From Flammeovirgaceae bacterium UBA4465 (GTDB lineage: Bacteria; Bacteroidota; Bacteroidia; Cytophagales; Cyclobacteriaceae): a stretch of DNA of 64,000 nucleotides. The stretch lies in NCBI GenBank assembly GCA_905182655.1, contig CAJJCN010000031.1, positions 9,344 through 73,343 of the forward strand. The letters run 5' to 3'. Below the pieces are notes generated by a model. The model worked only from the letters and a program-made list of their open reading frames with translations, was not told where the DNA came from and ran no database searches. Positions 28,332 to 38,749 of this stretch are shown here, piece by piece. The stretch's first letter is position 1. Each line of letters begins with the position of its first letter. Position numbers and translations under genes: made by a program.

Positions 28332-29483
28332 TCAATCCATCAAGCTATTTAAATCTGAAATTTTCACCGCACGATCCTTCCAGTAAGCATCGTCAAAAAA
28401 TCCATATTGAGAAGGTTTGTAATTACCAATCAAATCAACCTTAGATTTTTCTGGAACCTTCAAGCCCAAACACCAATAAGCTGCGTTGACCAGCATTCTT
28501 CGTGTACCCTCTGCAATTAAATCTGTTGAGGCACCCAGCGTCGTGGCAAAGACCCTTCCAACTTTACCTTTCGGAATCTGGTAGTTTTTGATCCATGCTA
28601 TCGGCATCATAGGCGCATTGAGATCAATGGATAGAGTATCCCCTTTCCCATTTTTCCTTTTCACAATAGTGGCTGGTTCGTTATCGGTAGGCCTCATTCC
28701 AAAAAATGGATCTGACTTATCATAGGGACCCTTACGCTCAGTAACTTGTCCAAACAATAGCGGAACCACATGGGCAGACATGGGCAATCTTACTGAATAA
28801 ACATCGGTTGCCCCCCAAATCGAACCCGGTAGTATGCCCTTAAAAACAGGATGATCTCGATGCGTAGAAGGGATGATACCAAGGCTACTTTGCTGGCCAT
28901 GAGCCCCATGATGAGCAATCCATTTTTCACCTAAAATCAATTTTCCAAAGCCTCCCTGCCAGGCATTATTCGCTTCATAATAATTACCATAATGCGCATA
29001 ACTGCTTTTAATAAGGTCAGGATCAAATTTAAAAGCGTGCGTCGCCGTGCGCATACCCAAAACAGGTCTTCCACTTTTTAAATAATCATCGATATATCGC
29101 ATTTGCGTATCAGGTAAGGCTCTAAAGCGTGTTAAAATAATCATTAAATCCGCCTCGGCCAATGCCGCTAAACCTGGAATGTTATTGGGATAATTTGGAT
29201 TTACAATACCTGGATAATTCGGGTTTTGGGAAAATAAAACCGTACAATTAAATCCGTGATTGACATTTAAAATTTTGGCTAGCTGAACCAAGGCCTCTTC
29301 AGATCTATATTCTTCATCTCCAGAAATTAATACGATTTTTGCCTTCTCAGGGTTTCCCTTCCACTGAAGCCATTCCATGGTTGGATCCTGCCCTGCAGAC
29401 ATCATGACCTTCAATCGGGATCCTTGGATATCAAACTGATGAATGACAAATAGAGCTACTATTAAATATTTAAAACATTTCAT
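28332..29483 (-). CDS. Secreted ThuA-like / class-I glutamine-amidotransferase-fold protein, function unknown
   Basis: 383 aa. Signal peptide and a flavodoxin-like beta-alpha start (KIVLISGDEEYRSEEAL...ADLMIILTRF). The family call is tentative. Confidence 0.4.
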   Translation of the reverse strand: MKCFKYLIVALFVIHQFDIQGSRLKVMMSAGQDPTMEWLQWKGNPEKAKIVLISGDEEYRSEEALVQLAKILNVNHGFNCTVLFSQNPNYPGIVNPNYPNNIPGLAALAEADLMIILTRFRALPDTQMRYIDDYLKSGRPVLGMRTATHAFKFDPDLIKSSYAHYGNYYEANNAWQGGFGKLILGEKWIAHHGAHGQQSSLGIIPSTHRDHPVFKGILPGSIWGATDVYSVRLPMSAHVVPLLFGQVTERKGPYDKSDPFFGMRPTDNEPATIVKRKNGKGDTLSIDLNAPMMPIAWIKNYQIPKGKVGRVFATTLGASTDLIAEGTRRMLVNAAYWCLGLKVPEKSKVDLIGNYKPSQYGFFDDAYWKDRAVKISDLNSLMD

Positions 29484-29726
29484 GGGCTGATTTCCGATCC
29501 CTCCAAAGCTTGAGGAAAATGAATTTTATTTAAAGATATTCAAAAAATAACTCAAGAAAGTCTCCAATCATAAAATGATTGAGTAAAAAACCTATCCGCC
29601 GAGGTACTCCATTATTTAACATCTCCATTTAAAAAATATTTTTCATCTAATTAGGCATCTAATAAAAATAACTAGGTCTAGTAAGCTATTCAATTCTTAA
29701 CTTTGTATTGAAAATACAGTTAATTT

Positions 29727-30734
29727 ATGAAATTCGAAGAACGCGTTAATGCTTTTGTTAAATTAAATCAAGTCCTAAGTGAACCCTTAGCCTCCGAAAT
29801 TGATGAAATCATAACACAGGCCGCAAATAATAATCGTTGGTTTGATAGATCCAACGTAGAAAAAGCCCTTTCTGGACTGATTCATTTAACTGAGCCCGTC
29901 AAAATGGAAGCTTGGTTGACTGGTTACAACATTCAGTCAGCAAAACAGAAAATCATTGGCTTGATTATGGCCGGAAACATACCTTTAGTAGGGTTTCATG
30001 ACTTGATGTGCGTGCTCTTGTCGGGTCATAAAGCAGCCATAAAGTTGAGCAGTCAAGATCTGTTTTTAATGCAATGGATCATTCGAAAACTCTGTGAAAT
30101 TGAACCCGCCTTCATTGACCAAATCGATGTTTGTGAGCAGCTCAAAGAAATGGATGCTGTGATTGCAACGGGTAGCAATAATACCGCCAGGTATTTTAAT
30201 TATTATTTCGGAAAATATCCGCATATTATCAGAAAAAACCGAACCTCTGTTGCCATCCTAAATGGTAAAGAAACAGATACTGAACTAAAGGCACTAGGTA
30301 ACGACGTCTTTACTTATTTTGGATTAGGCTGTCGAAATGTCTCCAAAATATGGGTTCCTCAAGATTATGATTTTTTAACTCTTCTAGATCTATGGGCTCC
30401 CTTTATAAAGATCTCCAACAACTTTAAATACCATAATAATTATGAATATAATAAATCTATATACCTAGTCAATGGGGTCACTCATTTGGACACAGGATTT
30501 TTACTTTTAACTGAATCTGAAACACTCTCTTCACCGATTTCTGTGTTGTACTACCAAAAATATCAAAACCTAACTGAGGTTAATCAATATCTCACCGACA
30601 ATCAGGAAAAAATTCAATGTACTGTATCCAGTGAGGTGTCAAAGAAGTTCATTCCTTTTGGACAAACGCAAGTCCCTGAAATTTCAGACTATGCAGATGG
30701 TATAGATGTGATGAGATTTTTAAGTACTCTTTAA
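29727..30734 (+). CDS. LuxC-family acyl-CoA reductase-like protein
   Basis: 335 aa. MAGNIPLVGFHD and GLGCRNVSKIW resemble the LuxC/PF05893 family as annotated in Bacteroidota. Confidence 0.65.
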   Translation: MKFEERVNAFVKLNQVLSEPLASEIDEIITQAANNNRWFDRSNVEKALSGLIHLTEPVKMEAWLTGYNIQSAKQKIIGLIMAGNIPLVGFHDLMCVLLSGHKAAIKLSSQDLFLMQWIIRKLCEIEPAFIDQIDVCEQLKEMDAVIATGSNNTARYFNYYFGKYPHIIRKNRTSVAILNGKETDTELKALGNDVFTYFGLGCRNVSKIWVPQDYDFLTLLDLWAPFIKISNNFKYHNNYEYNKSIYLVNGVTHLDTGFLLLTESETLSSPISVLYYQKYQNLTEVNQYLTDNQEKIQCTVSSEVSKKFIPFGQTQVPEISDYADGIDVMRFLSTL

Positions 30735-30978
30735 AGTTAAGGTTCGACCTTAAATGGGTTAAGGGAAAACTAAATCAAATCAAATAACCCCTATTTAAAA
30801 AAATGGTTATTACGGTTTAGATTATGTCATCACGCGATCCTTTCCCATTCTTAATTTTAATGAATTCATTTAGTGGTGCGACAAGAATCCCAAGAATCCA
30901 TAAGCTTTTCAATTACCACTGAAAATGTGTATTTTTGATCACTCAATGATCTTCAGATATTTCAAAACAAAATTCTTC

Positions 30979-31761
30979 ATGAAAAATATATTATTAGGCA
31001 CTTTTATCATCTTCTCTGTTACCTTTTGTAAACCAAAAAAAGAGTCTGAAAAGACTGAAAACACAGTATCAAAGCCCCAGATACAATTGGTCAAAGCACC
31101 CTCTTCTCCAGCTTATCTGGATTCGGAATTGAATTTATCAGATATAAACCTCACCGCAACCGATACGAGTTATTTGGTTGATTTTAATTTTGATGTAAAA
31201 AATTACGACCTGGGTGTGATCACCTCAGATGCGAATGACCGAGGCATTGCAAATTCGGCAAAAGGACAACACATTCACCTTATTTTAGATAATGAACCGT
31301 ATTCAGCGCATTATGATCCAATGGCGCAAAAAAACTTGCCAAAAGGTCAGTATGTAGCCTTAGCTTTTCTCTCGCGCTCCTACCATGAAAGTGTCAAAAA
31401 TGAAAATTCCTTTATACTTACCACTTTTGATGCTGAAAGTTCAAAAGCATTTCCTTATAAATTTGATGAAAAAGGGCAGCATATGTTTTATAGTCGTCCC
31501 AAAGGGACTTACAAAGGAAGTGATATCAATAACCTTTTACTTGACTTTTTTCTCATCAATGTTACCCTTGGCTCTGACGGAAATAAGGTACGTGCCACTA
31601 TAAATGATGAAGTCTTTATGATCGATGAATGGGTGCCTTACTATATCCAAGGATTAACGCCCGGGATACTCACGATAAAGCTTGAACTGATAGATGCTGA
31701 TGGCATACTGATCGAAGGCCCTTTCAACGAAGTAACACGAACCGTGACCCTCTCAGAATAA
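30979..31761 (+). CDS. Hypothetical lipoprotein
   Basis: Signal peptide/lipobox from the ATG at 30979 (MKNILLGTFIIFSVTFC). The track's 30925 start adds 18 non-signal residues. Confidence 0.6.
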   Translation: MKNILLGTFIIFSVTFCKPKKESEKTENTVSKPQIQLVKAPSSPAYLDSELNLSDINLTATDTSYLVDFNFDVKNYDLGVITSDANDRGIANSAKGQHIHLILDNEPYSAHYDPMAQKNLPKGQYVALAFLSRSYHESVKNENSFILTTFDAESSKAFPYKFDEKGQHMFYSRPKGTYKGSDINNLLLDFFLINVTLGSDGNKVRATINDEVFMIDEWVPYYIQGLTPGILTIKLELIDADGILIEGPFNEVTRTVTLSE

Positions 31762-31899
31762 TTAGGAGCCGTCAATAGTTAAGATGAAATTATCAATTAA
31801 GCTATTAAAAAAGGGACCTTAACGCCTTTGTTTCAAAGGGTTCTAAATAATCATTCTGATATGGTAGACAGCCGGGAATTTATACTTTAAAAACCAACC

Positions 31900-34800
31900 A
31901 TGTATTTAATCTTTGATACTGAAACTACTGGACTTCCTCTGCGTAGGAATGCGCCTATAGAAGAAGTAGATAACTGGCCTAGATTGGTTCAAATTGCATG
32001 GCAAGTGCATGATGCTTTTGGTAACTTAAAATCTCAAGGAAATAAGGTTATCAAACCCGAAGGGTACACCATTCCCTTCAATGCACAAAAAATCCATGGG
32101 ATAAGTACTGAACGGGCTTTACTTGAAGGAGATTCACTCAAATCGGTACTTGATACGTTTGCCGGAGAACTCAAAAACATACAAGTCCTTGTGGGTCACA
32201 ATATTGACTTTGACAATAAAATTGTGGGTGCTGAGTTTTTTCGATGTAATTCCCAAAATTTACTTGCCGATTTCCCGAGTATAGATACCTGTTTTCAAAC
32301 CAAGGAGTTCACGCAACTCAGAGGAGGCATAGGAGGTCGATTAAAAGCACCTAAATTAATTGAACTTTATGAAAAACTTTTTGGAACGTCTTTTGGAGAT
32401 GCTCATGATGCCGCTTATGATGTAGACGCTACTGCGAAATCCTTTTTTGAATGTCTCCGCAGGGGAATCCTTGAGCCGTTTGAACCCATCCCAAAAGAGG
32501 ATATAAAATATCAGGCTCCAGAACTCGAAAAAGCAAATTTCTCCGTCATCGAGGAAAAAGAAATTGTTGTTAAAAAGCAAGATACTCAAGCGCTCAGTAA
32601 AGGTGAATTTACGCACCTTCACCTCCATTCTCAATTCTCTGTACTTCAAGCAACACCCGAACTCGATGGGATCTTTGAAAAAGCAACTGCTCTCAAGATG
32701 GGTGCGGTTGCGATTACTGATTTAGGCAACTTATTCGGCGCTTTTAAATTCGTTCGATTGGCCAAAAAGTACGGTATAAAACCTATTATAGGCTGTGAAT
32801 TTTATGTGGCCGAAGAAAGAAAAAAGACAAAATTTACCAAAGACAGTCCTGACAAAAGGTTTCAACAAGTTCTCTTAGCTAAAAATAAAAAGGGTTATCA
32901 AAATTTAGTCAAGCTGAGCTCTCTTGCTTACATCGAAGGTAATTATGGCCTGTATCCCAGAATAGATAAAGATCTGATTATTGAATACAGCGAAGGCTTA
33001 ATTGCCCTAAGTGGTGGTTTGAGAGGGGAAATTCCAAATTTAGTACTTAATGTGGGTGAGACCCAGGCAGAAGAAGCCCTGAAGTGGTGGAAGGAAGCTT
33101 TTGGTGATGACTTTTATCTAGAATTGAATCGGCATGGTATTCCTGAAGAAGACCATCTGAATCAAATATTAAAACGGTTTTCATCATCCTATGGTATCAA
33201 AACCATCGCTGCTAATGAATTATTCTATTTGAATCAAGAAGATGCAAAGGCACATGATGTGTTGATCTGCATTAAAGAAAATGAAAAACAAAGTACACCC
33301 ATAGGTAGAGGACGAGGATTTAGACACGGAATGGTCAACGATCAATATTTCTTTAAGAGTCAAGAAGAGATGAAAGTCCTATTTGATGATCTTCCTGAGG
33401 CCATAGAAAATATTACCGCACTGGTCTCCAAAATAGAACATTTTGAGTTGGAGCGTGAAGTGCTTTTGCCGGATTTCGATATTCCTGAAGCTTTTTTAAA
33501 CATACAAGATCGGTCTGACGGTGGTAAGCGTGGGGAGAATGCCTATTTAAGAGATCTCACTTACAAAGGTGCGAAAAAAAGATATGAGCAGATAGACGAT
33601 GCATTAACAGAGCGTATTGATTTTGAATTAGAAACCATACAAAATACAGGTTATCCAGGTTACTTTTTGATCGTTCAAGATTTCACCTCAAAAGCACGTG
33701 AAATGGGCGTCGCTGTGGGACCTGGACGAGGTTCTGCAGCGGGTAGTGTCGTAGCTTATTGTATTGGTATTACCAATGTAGATCCGATTGCTTATAATTT
33801 ACTTTTCGAACGTTTTTTGAATCCCGACAGGGTCTCACTTCCCGATATTGATATTGATTTTGACAATGAAGGTAGGGAGAAAGTAATCAATTACGTTGTC
33901 AATAAATATGGATTCAACCAAGTAGCCCAAATCATTACTTACGGCACGATGGCGCCAAAATCTGCCATAAGAGATGCGGGTCGTGTCATGGAATTGCCCC
34001 TATCGGAGACGGACAAAATTGCCAAATTAATTCCCGAAAGACCCGGAACTAATTTTATACAAGCATTGAAAGAGGTTCCTAGCCTCAAGACCATGCAAAA
34101 GGGAAGTGATTTACCGTCTCAGGTATTAAATCAAGCCGTGATTTTAGAAGGATCCCTGAGGAATACGGGTATTCATGCATGTGGAGTGATCATCACGCCA
34201 AAAGACATGTCCAATTATATTCCCATGGCTCGGGCAAAAGATTCTGAATTGCTGATCACCCAATTTGATAACAGTGTCGTAGAATCAGCAGGTATGCTGA
34301 AAATGGATTTTCTGGGATTAAGGACGCTTTCTATCATTAAAACAGCGATAGAAAACATCGAAAAAAGGCATGGCATTCTCATTGACATTGATCTCATCCC
34401 TTTAGATGATAAAGCTACCTATGAATTATATCAAAAGGGAGCAACCAACGGAACTTTTCAGTTTGAATCGCCGGGTATGCAAAAACATCTTCAGGCTTTA
34501 AAACCTGATAAATTTGAGGATCTAATTGCCATGAACGCCCTCTATCGACCCGGTCCGATGGAATACATTCCTAACTTCATCAGTCGTAAGCATGGTACGG
34601 AAAAAATCCATTATGACTTACCAGATATGGAAGAATATTTGGCCGAGACCTATGGTATAACCGTTTACCAAGAGCAAGTGATGCTGCTCTCTCAAAAAAT
34701 AGCGGGCTTTACCAAAGGTGAAGCTGATGTATTAAGAAAAGCAATGGGCAAGAAAATATTCAAACTACTTGAAGAACTCAAACCCAAGTTCATTAATCAA

Positions 34801-36120
34801 GCCAAAGCGAAAGGTCACAACGAGACCAGTCTCGAGAAAATATGGAAGGATTGGGAAGCTTTTGCTGCTTATGCTTTCAATAAATCTCATAGTACCTGCT
34901 ACTCTGTGGTGGCCTATCAAACGGGATTTCTTAAGGCCAATTACCCCGCTGAATATATGGCGGCCGTGTTGACTCACAATCAAAATAATATTGATAAGGT
35001 AACTTTTTTTATGGAAGAGTGCCGAAATCAAAATATCGTTGTTTTGGGTCCTGATATCAATGAATCTGATCAGCATTTCACAGTAAATTCAGCGGGTGAA
35101 ATTAGATTTGGCCTCGGTGCTATTAAAGGTACCGGTGAAGCTGCGGTACAAGCTATCGTGGCTGAACGAAACAATAATAAACCTTTTGAGGACCTATTTG
35201 ATTTCGCGGTTAGAGTCAATTTACGTGCAGTGAATAAAAAATCATTTGAAGCCTTGGCAAAAGCCGGTGGTTTTGATTGTTTTTCCTTATACCACCGTAG
35301 GCAGTATGTAGAGCCTGATGTGGGGGGAAGTTCATTAATAGAAAGAGCCATTTCATATGCAAATAAAGTTCAGCAGGAAGCTTTAAGTGCGCAGGGATCA
35401 TTGTTTGGTAGTGGGGGAAGTAAGGGTCTATCGAAACCAAAAGCAGGTGAAGTAGCCCCTTATGGAGAGATAGAAAAACTAAATATTGAAAAAGATTTGG
35501 TAGGACTTTACATCTCAGGACACCCTTTAGACCAATATAAATTTGAAATGCGATTCCTCACTAAAGGAAAAATTAGTGACCTTAAAGATCTCACATTAGT
35601 CAATGGCCGTATTTTTAAAATAGGTGGTATTATTAGTCAAGTGCAGCATAGAATGACCAAAAAAGGTAGTCCATTTGGTCAATTTACCTTTGAAGATTAT
35701 AGTGACAATCACACATTTTTTCTGTTTTCAGATACCTATTTAAAGTTTAAAAGTTATTTAGAAGTAGGTTGGTTTTTATCCTTAAGTGGGTCGGTTCAGA
35801 ACAGATGGAAAAGTGAAGAACTAGAATTTAAAATCTCCAATATGGAATACTTAGGAGACCTTAGAGAAAAGGCTATCAAGGGACTGGAAATTCAAGTAAA
35901 CCTTCAAGATATTAATGAGACACTCATTGAGAAACTCGAAAAATTAGGAGAGGAGTTCCCTGGGAATTGTGTGATCAAATTAAATATTTATAACAGGTAT
36001 GAAGATCGCATGATCAATGTGGAAATGCTCAGTCGAAGCATAACCATTGACCCAAACTATGCACTTATAAAAAAAATAGAATCAATGGTTGACCTACGCT
36101 ATAAAGTACTGCTACACTAA
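31900..36120 (+). CDS. dnaE: DNA polymerase III alpha subunit with an N-terminal fused DEDDh 3'-5' exonuclease (epsilon-like) domain
   Basis: 1,406 aa. The Exo motifs are present: Exo I IFDTETTGL, Exo II VGHNIDFDNKI, Exo III HDAAYDVDAT. PHP (HLHLHSQFS), the palm (PDIDIDF) and the OB fold follow. Confidence 0.95.
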   Translation: MYLIFDTETTGLPLRRNAPIEEVDNWPRLVQIAWQVHDAFGNLKSQGNKVIKPEGYTIPFNAQKIHGISTERALLEGDSLKSVLDTFAGELKNIQVLVGHNIDFDNKIVGAEFFRCNSQNLLADFPSIDTCFQTKEFTQLRGGIGGRLKAPKLIELYEKLFGTSFGDAHDAAYDVDATAKSFFECLRRGILEPFEPIPKEDIKYQAPELEKANFSVIEEKEIVVKKQDTQALSKGEFTHLHLHSQFSVLQATPELDGIFEKATALKMGAVAITDLGNLFGAFKFVRLAKKYGIKPIIGCEFYVAEERKKTKFTKDSPDKRFQQVLLAKNKKGYQNLVKLSSLAYIEGNYGLYPRIDKDLIIEYSEGLIALSGGLRGEIPNLVLNVGETQAEEALKWWKEAFGDDFYLELNRHGIPEEDHLNQILKRFSSSYGIKTIAANELFYLNQEDAKAHDVLICIKENEKQSTPIGRGRGFRHGMVNDQYFFKSQEEMKVLFDDLPEAIENITALVSKIEHFELEREVLLPDFDIPEAFLNIQDRSDGGKRGENAYLRDLTYKGAKKRYEQIDDALTERIDFELETIQNTGYPGYFLIVQDFTSKAREMGVAVGPGRGSAAGSVVAYCIGITNVDPIAYNLLFERFLNPDRVSLPDIDIDFDNEGREKVINYVVNKYGFNQVAQIITYGTMAPKSAIRDAGRVMELPLSETDKIAKLIPERPGTNFIQALKEVPSLKTMQKGSDLPSQVLNQAVILEGSLRNTGIHACGVIITPKDMSNYIPMARAKDSELLITQFDNSVVESAGMLKMDFLGLRTLSIIKTAIENIEKRHGILIDIDLIPLDDKATYELYQKGATNGTFQFESPGMQKHLQALKPDKFEDLIAMNALYRPGPMEYIPNFISRKHGTEKIHYDLPDMEEYLAETYGITVYQEQVMLLSQKIAGFTKGEADVLRKAMGKKIFKLLEELKPKFINQAKAKGHNETSLEKIWKDWEAFAAYAFNKSHSTCYSVVAYQTGFLKANYPAEYMAAVLTHNQNNIDKVTFFMEECRNQNIVVLGPDINESDQHFTVNSAGEIRFGLGAIKGTGEAAVQAIVAERNNNKPFEDLFDFAVRVNLRAVNKKSFEALAKAGGFDCFSLYHRRQYVEPDVGGSSLIERAISYANKVQQEALSAQGSLFGSGGSKGLSKPKAGEVAPYGEIEKLNIEKDLVGLYISGHPLDQYKFEMRFLTKGKISDLKDLTLVNGRIFKIGGIISQVQHRMTKKGSPFGQFTFEDYSDNHTFFLFSDTYLKFKSYLEVGWFLSLSGSVQNRWKSEELEFKISNMEYLGDLREKAIKGLEIQVNLQDINETLIEKLEKLGEEFPGNCVIKLNIYNRYEDRMINVEMLSRSITIDPNYALIKKIESMVDLRYKVLLH

Positions 36121-36172
36121 AAAAATTATGTTAAAGTAGTACTCATATTATTAATTGAGGTTACAAATTGTT

Positions 36173-36180
36173 TAAGTTTG
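36173..36180 (+). promoter_or_regulatory. Candidate -7 promoter box (TAAGTTTG) upstream of trxA
   Basis: Matches TAnnTTTG 47 nt upstream of the trxA ATG. The -33 element is imperfect. Confidence 0.3.
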
Positions 36181-36226
36181 TAGCTCCAAAAAAAAATTAA
36201 TAAACAATAAATTAAAGAAAAATTTT

Positions 36227-36550
36227 ATGTCAAAGCCAGTGGAAATAACAGACAGTAATTTCGAGGAGATCATCAACTCAGACAAACCTGTATTGGTTGA
36301 TTTTTGGGCAGAATGGTGTGGCCCATGTAAAATGATCGGACCCTTGGTTGAAGAGTTAGCAAATGAATTTGAAGGTAAAGCCATCATCGGAAAAGTAGAT
36401 GTTGACACCAACCCTGAAGTTTCTGCAAAGTTTGGTATCCGATCTATACCTACCCTACTTGTATTTAAAGGTGGAAAAATCGTCGACAAACAAGTGGGAG
36501 CAGTCCCCAAGTCGGTATTGAGCGAAAAAATAGAAGCCCAATTAGCTTAA
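36227..36550 (+). CDS. trxA: Thioredoxin
   Basis: 107 aa with the WCGPC active site. Confidence 0.97.
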   Translation: MSKPVEITDSNFEEIINSDKPVLVDFWAEWCGPCKMIGPLVEELANEFEGKAIIGKVDVDTNPEVSAKFGIRSIPTLLVFKGGKIVDKQVGAVPKSVLSEKIEAQLA

Positions 36551-36561
36551 AATCATAAAAT

Positions 36562-36592
36562 AAATAGATCTTATTTTAAATAAGATCTATTT
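36562..36592. terminator. Bidirectional hairpin terminator between convergent trxA and the thioesterase gene
   Basis: Near-perfect 15-bp inverted repeat, aaatagatcttattt / aaataagatctattt, flanked by A/T runs. Confidence 0.7.
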
Positions 36593-36633
36593 GCCTAAGC
36601 ATTAGGACTCTTGGTCTTTACAAATATTGTCGC

Positions 36634-37179
36634 TTAATTAAATCCTACAACACAACGTTCCTGGCTCAAAAGAGCCATATCTTTTCTTGAAAAAGCCGAT
36701 TTAACGTCTTGCATTCTGTCCCTGAATGCCGCACTAAATTCCTTACGCTTTAAAGCTTCCAGAAATCTTCTAACCTCAATTTCTTCTTCCAATACCAATT
36801 CAGGCACCTTTGCCGTTTTGTTGTCATCTCCTTTGGCCACCATGGTGAAATAAGATGAATTGGTATGTCTGGCCGTACCCATCTTAACATTTTCAGCAAC
36901 TACCTTCATCCCCACAACCAAGGATGATTTGCCTACATAATTCACTGACGCATAAAACGAAACCAAATCTCCTACTTCAACAGGTTGAAGAAACTCAACA
37001 TTTTCGATCGATACCGTCACACAATAGTTACCCGCATGCTTACTTGCGCAAGCATAGGCCGTCTTATCCATTATGGACAATAAGATACCCCCATGTATTT
37101 TTCCGCCAAAATTTGCGTAGGAGGGGATCATTAATTCAGTAATGGTAGTTTGGGAATTTTTAACTGTTTTGGCTTCCAT
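36634..37179 (-). CDS. Acyl-CoA thioesterase (hotdog fold, YciA/Acot-like)
   Basis: 181 aa. NFGGKIHGGILLSIMD and the hotdog core. Confidence 0.8.
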   Translation of the reverse strand: MEAKTVKNSQTTITELMIPSYANFGGKIHGGILLSIMDKTAYACASKHAGNYCVTVSIENVEFLQPVEVGDLVSFYASVNYVGKSSLVVGMKVVAENVKMGTARHTNSSYFTMVAKGDDNKTAKVPELVLEEEIEVRRFLEALKRKEFSAAFRDRMQDVKSAFSRKDMALLSQERCVVGFN

Positions 37180-37431
37180 GAGTTTGATTATTTAATTGTT
37201 AAAGTTAGTGGAACTAGAATTGTTCAAAAACATTTGTACAACTTAATTAGATTTCTTTTTAAAGAAATTATCAACATGTTTATTAACATCCTGAAAAGAT
37301 ATTAAGTACTTTATCCACATAACACCTGCATAGTATCAATAATTTTTGGAGAATCTCAAAGAATGAAAGTTCCCCGTTGATGTAATGCCAAACATATTGT
37401 CTAAATTGGGGCAATATAATTTGAGAAAGCA

Positions 37432-38631
37432 TTGAAATTTAGTGAACTAGGATTCCATCCAGACTTATTGCAGGGCATTGATGCAATAGGTTTTGAATCC
37501 ACAACGCCCATCCAAGAGCAAGCAATTCCCGTCATTTTAGCTGGTAAAGATCTTATAGGATCTGCCCAAACAGGTACCGGAAAAACTGCGGCGTTTTTGC
37601 TCCCCATTATCAATGATATTTTAACTAAAGATGAACCTGAGGCAACTAAATGCTTAATCGTTGTACCCACTAGGGAATTGGCCATTCAGATAGACCAACA
37701 AATGCAGGGGTTATCCTATTTTACACGGGTGAACTCCATCGCTGTTTATGGTGGTGGGGACGGAGATCTGTTTGCTCAAGAAAAAAAAGCACTTTCTGAG
37801 GGCGCATCAGTCATTACGGCTACACCTGGAAGATTGATCGCTCACCTCAAAATGGGCTATGTAAATATGAAAAGCTTACGCTTTCTTGTGCTTGACGAAG
37901 CTGATCGAATGCTAGATATGGGTTTTCATCAAGACATTCAGAAAATCATCTCATTTCTTCCGGCAAAACGTCAAAATTTGATGTTTTCAGCTACTATGCC
38001 TCCTAAAATGAGAACAATGGCTAAGGAGGTCTTAAATAATCCTGAGGAGATTAATGTCGCCGTTTCTGTACCTGCAGACAAAATCATCCAAGTAGGATTT
38101 GTCGTACACGATACGCAAAAAATCCCCATGATAGAACATGTGCTCAGTGCCGGAGATTTTTTAAGTGTTATTGTCTTTTGTTCAACTAAAGAGAATACAA
38201 AAAATTTAACCAAATCCCTGAAAAAATTAAAATTCTCGGTCGCCGAAATACACTCAGACCTTGATCAAAAAGAACGGGGTGAAGTACTTAATTTATTTAA
38301 AGCAAAAAAATTAAGTATTCTGGTGGCCACAGACATATTGTCTCGAGGTATTGATATTGAAGACATTGAATTGATCATCAATTATGATGTTCCCAATGAC
38401 GTAGAAGATTATATCCATAGAATCGGACGAACGGCCAGAGCAGCTGCCAAGGGCGTTGCCTTTACCTTTATCAATGAAAAAGAACAAAGACAATTTGGTG
38501 ATATTGAGAAATTTATTGGAAGAATCATACCCAAAGCTGAAATACCTACTTCCTTAGGTGCGGCTCCAGCTTACAATCCTGATCAAAAAAGAGCGAGCCA
38601 CAAACCCTTCTACGGTAAAAAACGTAGATAA
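37432..38631 (+). CDS. DEAD-box ATP-dependent RNA helicase
   Basis: 399 aa. Q motif, AQTGTGKT, DEAD, SAT, HRIGRTAR, and a basic tail. TTG start behind a 252-nt leader/intergenic region. Confidence 0.93.
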   Translation: MKFSELGFHPDLLQGIDAIGFESTTPIQEQAIPVILAGKDLIGSAQTGTGKTAAFLLPIINDILTKDEPEATKCLIVVPTRELAIQIDQQMQGLSYFTRVNSIAVYGGGDGDLFAQEKKALSEGASVITATPGRLIAHLKMGYVNMKSLRFLVLDEADRMLDMGFHQDIQKIISFLPAKRQNLMFSATMPPKMRTMAKEVLNNPEEINVAVSVPADKIIQVGFVVHDTQKIPMIEHVLSAGDFLSVIVFCSTKENTKNLTKSLKKLKFSVAEIHSDLDQKERGEVLNLFKAKKLSILVATDILSRGIDIEDIELIINYDVPNDVEDYIHRIGRTARAAAKGVAFTFINEKEQRQFGDIEKFIGRIIPKAEIPTSLGAAPAYNPDQKRASHKPFYGKKRR

Positions 38632-38749
38632 TATTTAATAATAAACACGCCTAAACTTCGTTTAACCTAAGTGGATTATTTATTTTCGTAAAGAAATTCA
38701 ATAGACTCTCTTTTTTGTTTTTGTATATCAATGTTTTAGCTTTTTTTAT

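Noticed and set aside
30737-30753. ttaaGGTTCGAccttaa, which resembles a tRNA T-arm.
   Set aside because: No acceptor, D or anticodon arms can be built from the flanking sequence. It is a 7-bp hairpin just after the LuxC-like stop, possibly a weak terminator without a T-tract.
37311-37319. A perfect DnaA box, TTATCCACA, in the 252-nt region upstream of the DEAD-box helicase gene, as a possible oriC.
   Set aside because: There is a single box only, with no cluster, no adjacent AT-rich unwinding repeats and no dnaA or dnaN nearby. One exact 9-mer in 64 kb on two strands is roughly what chance predicts.
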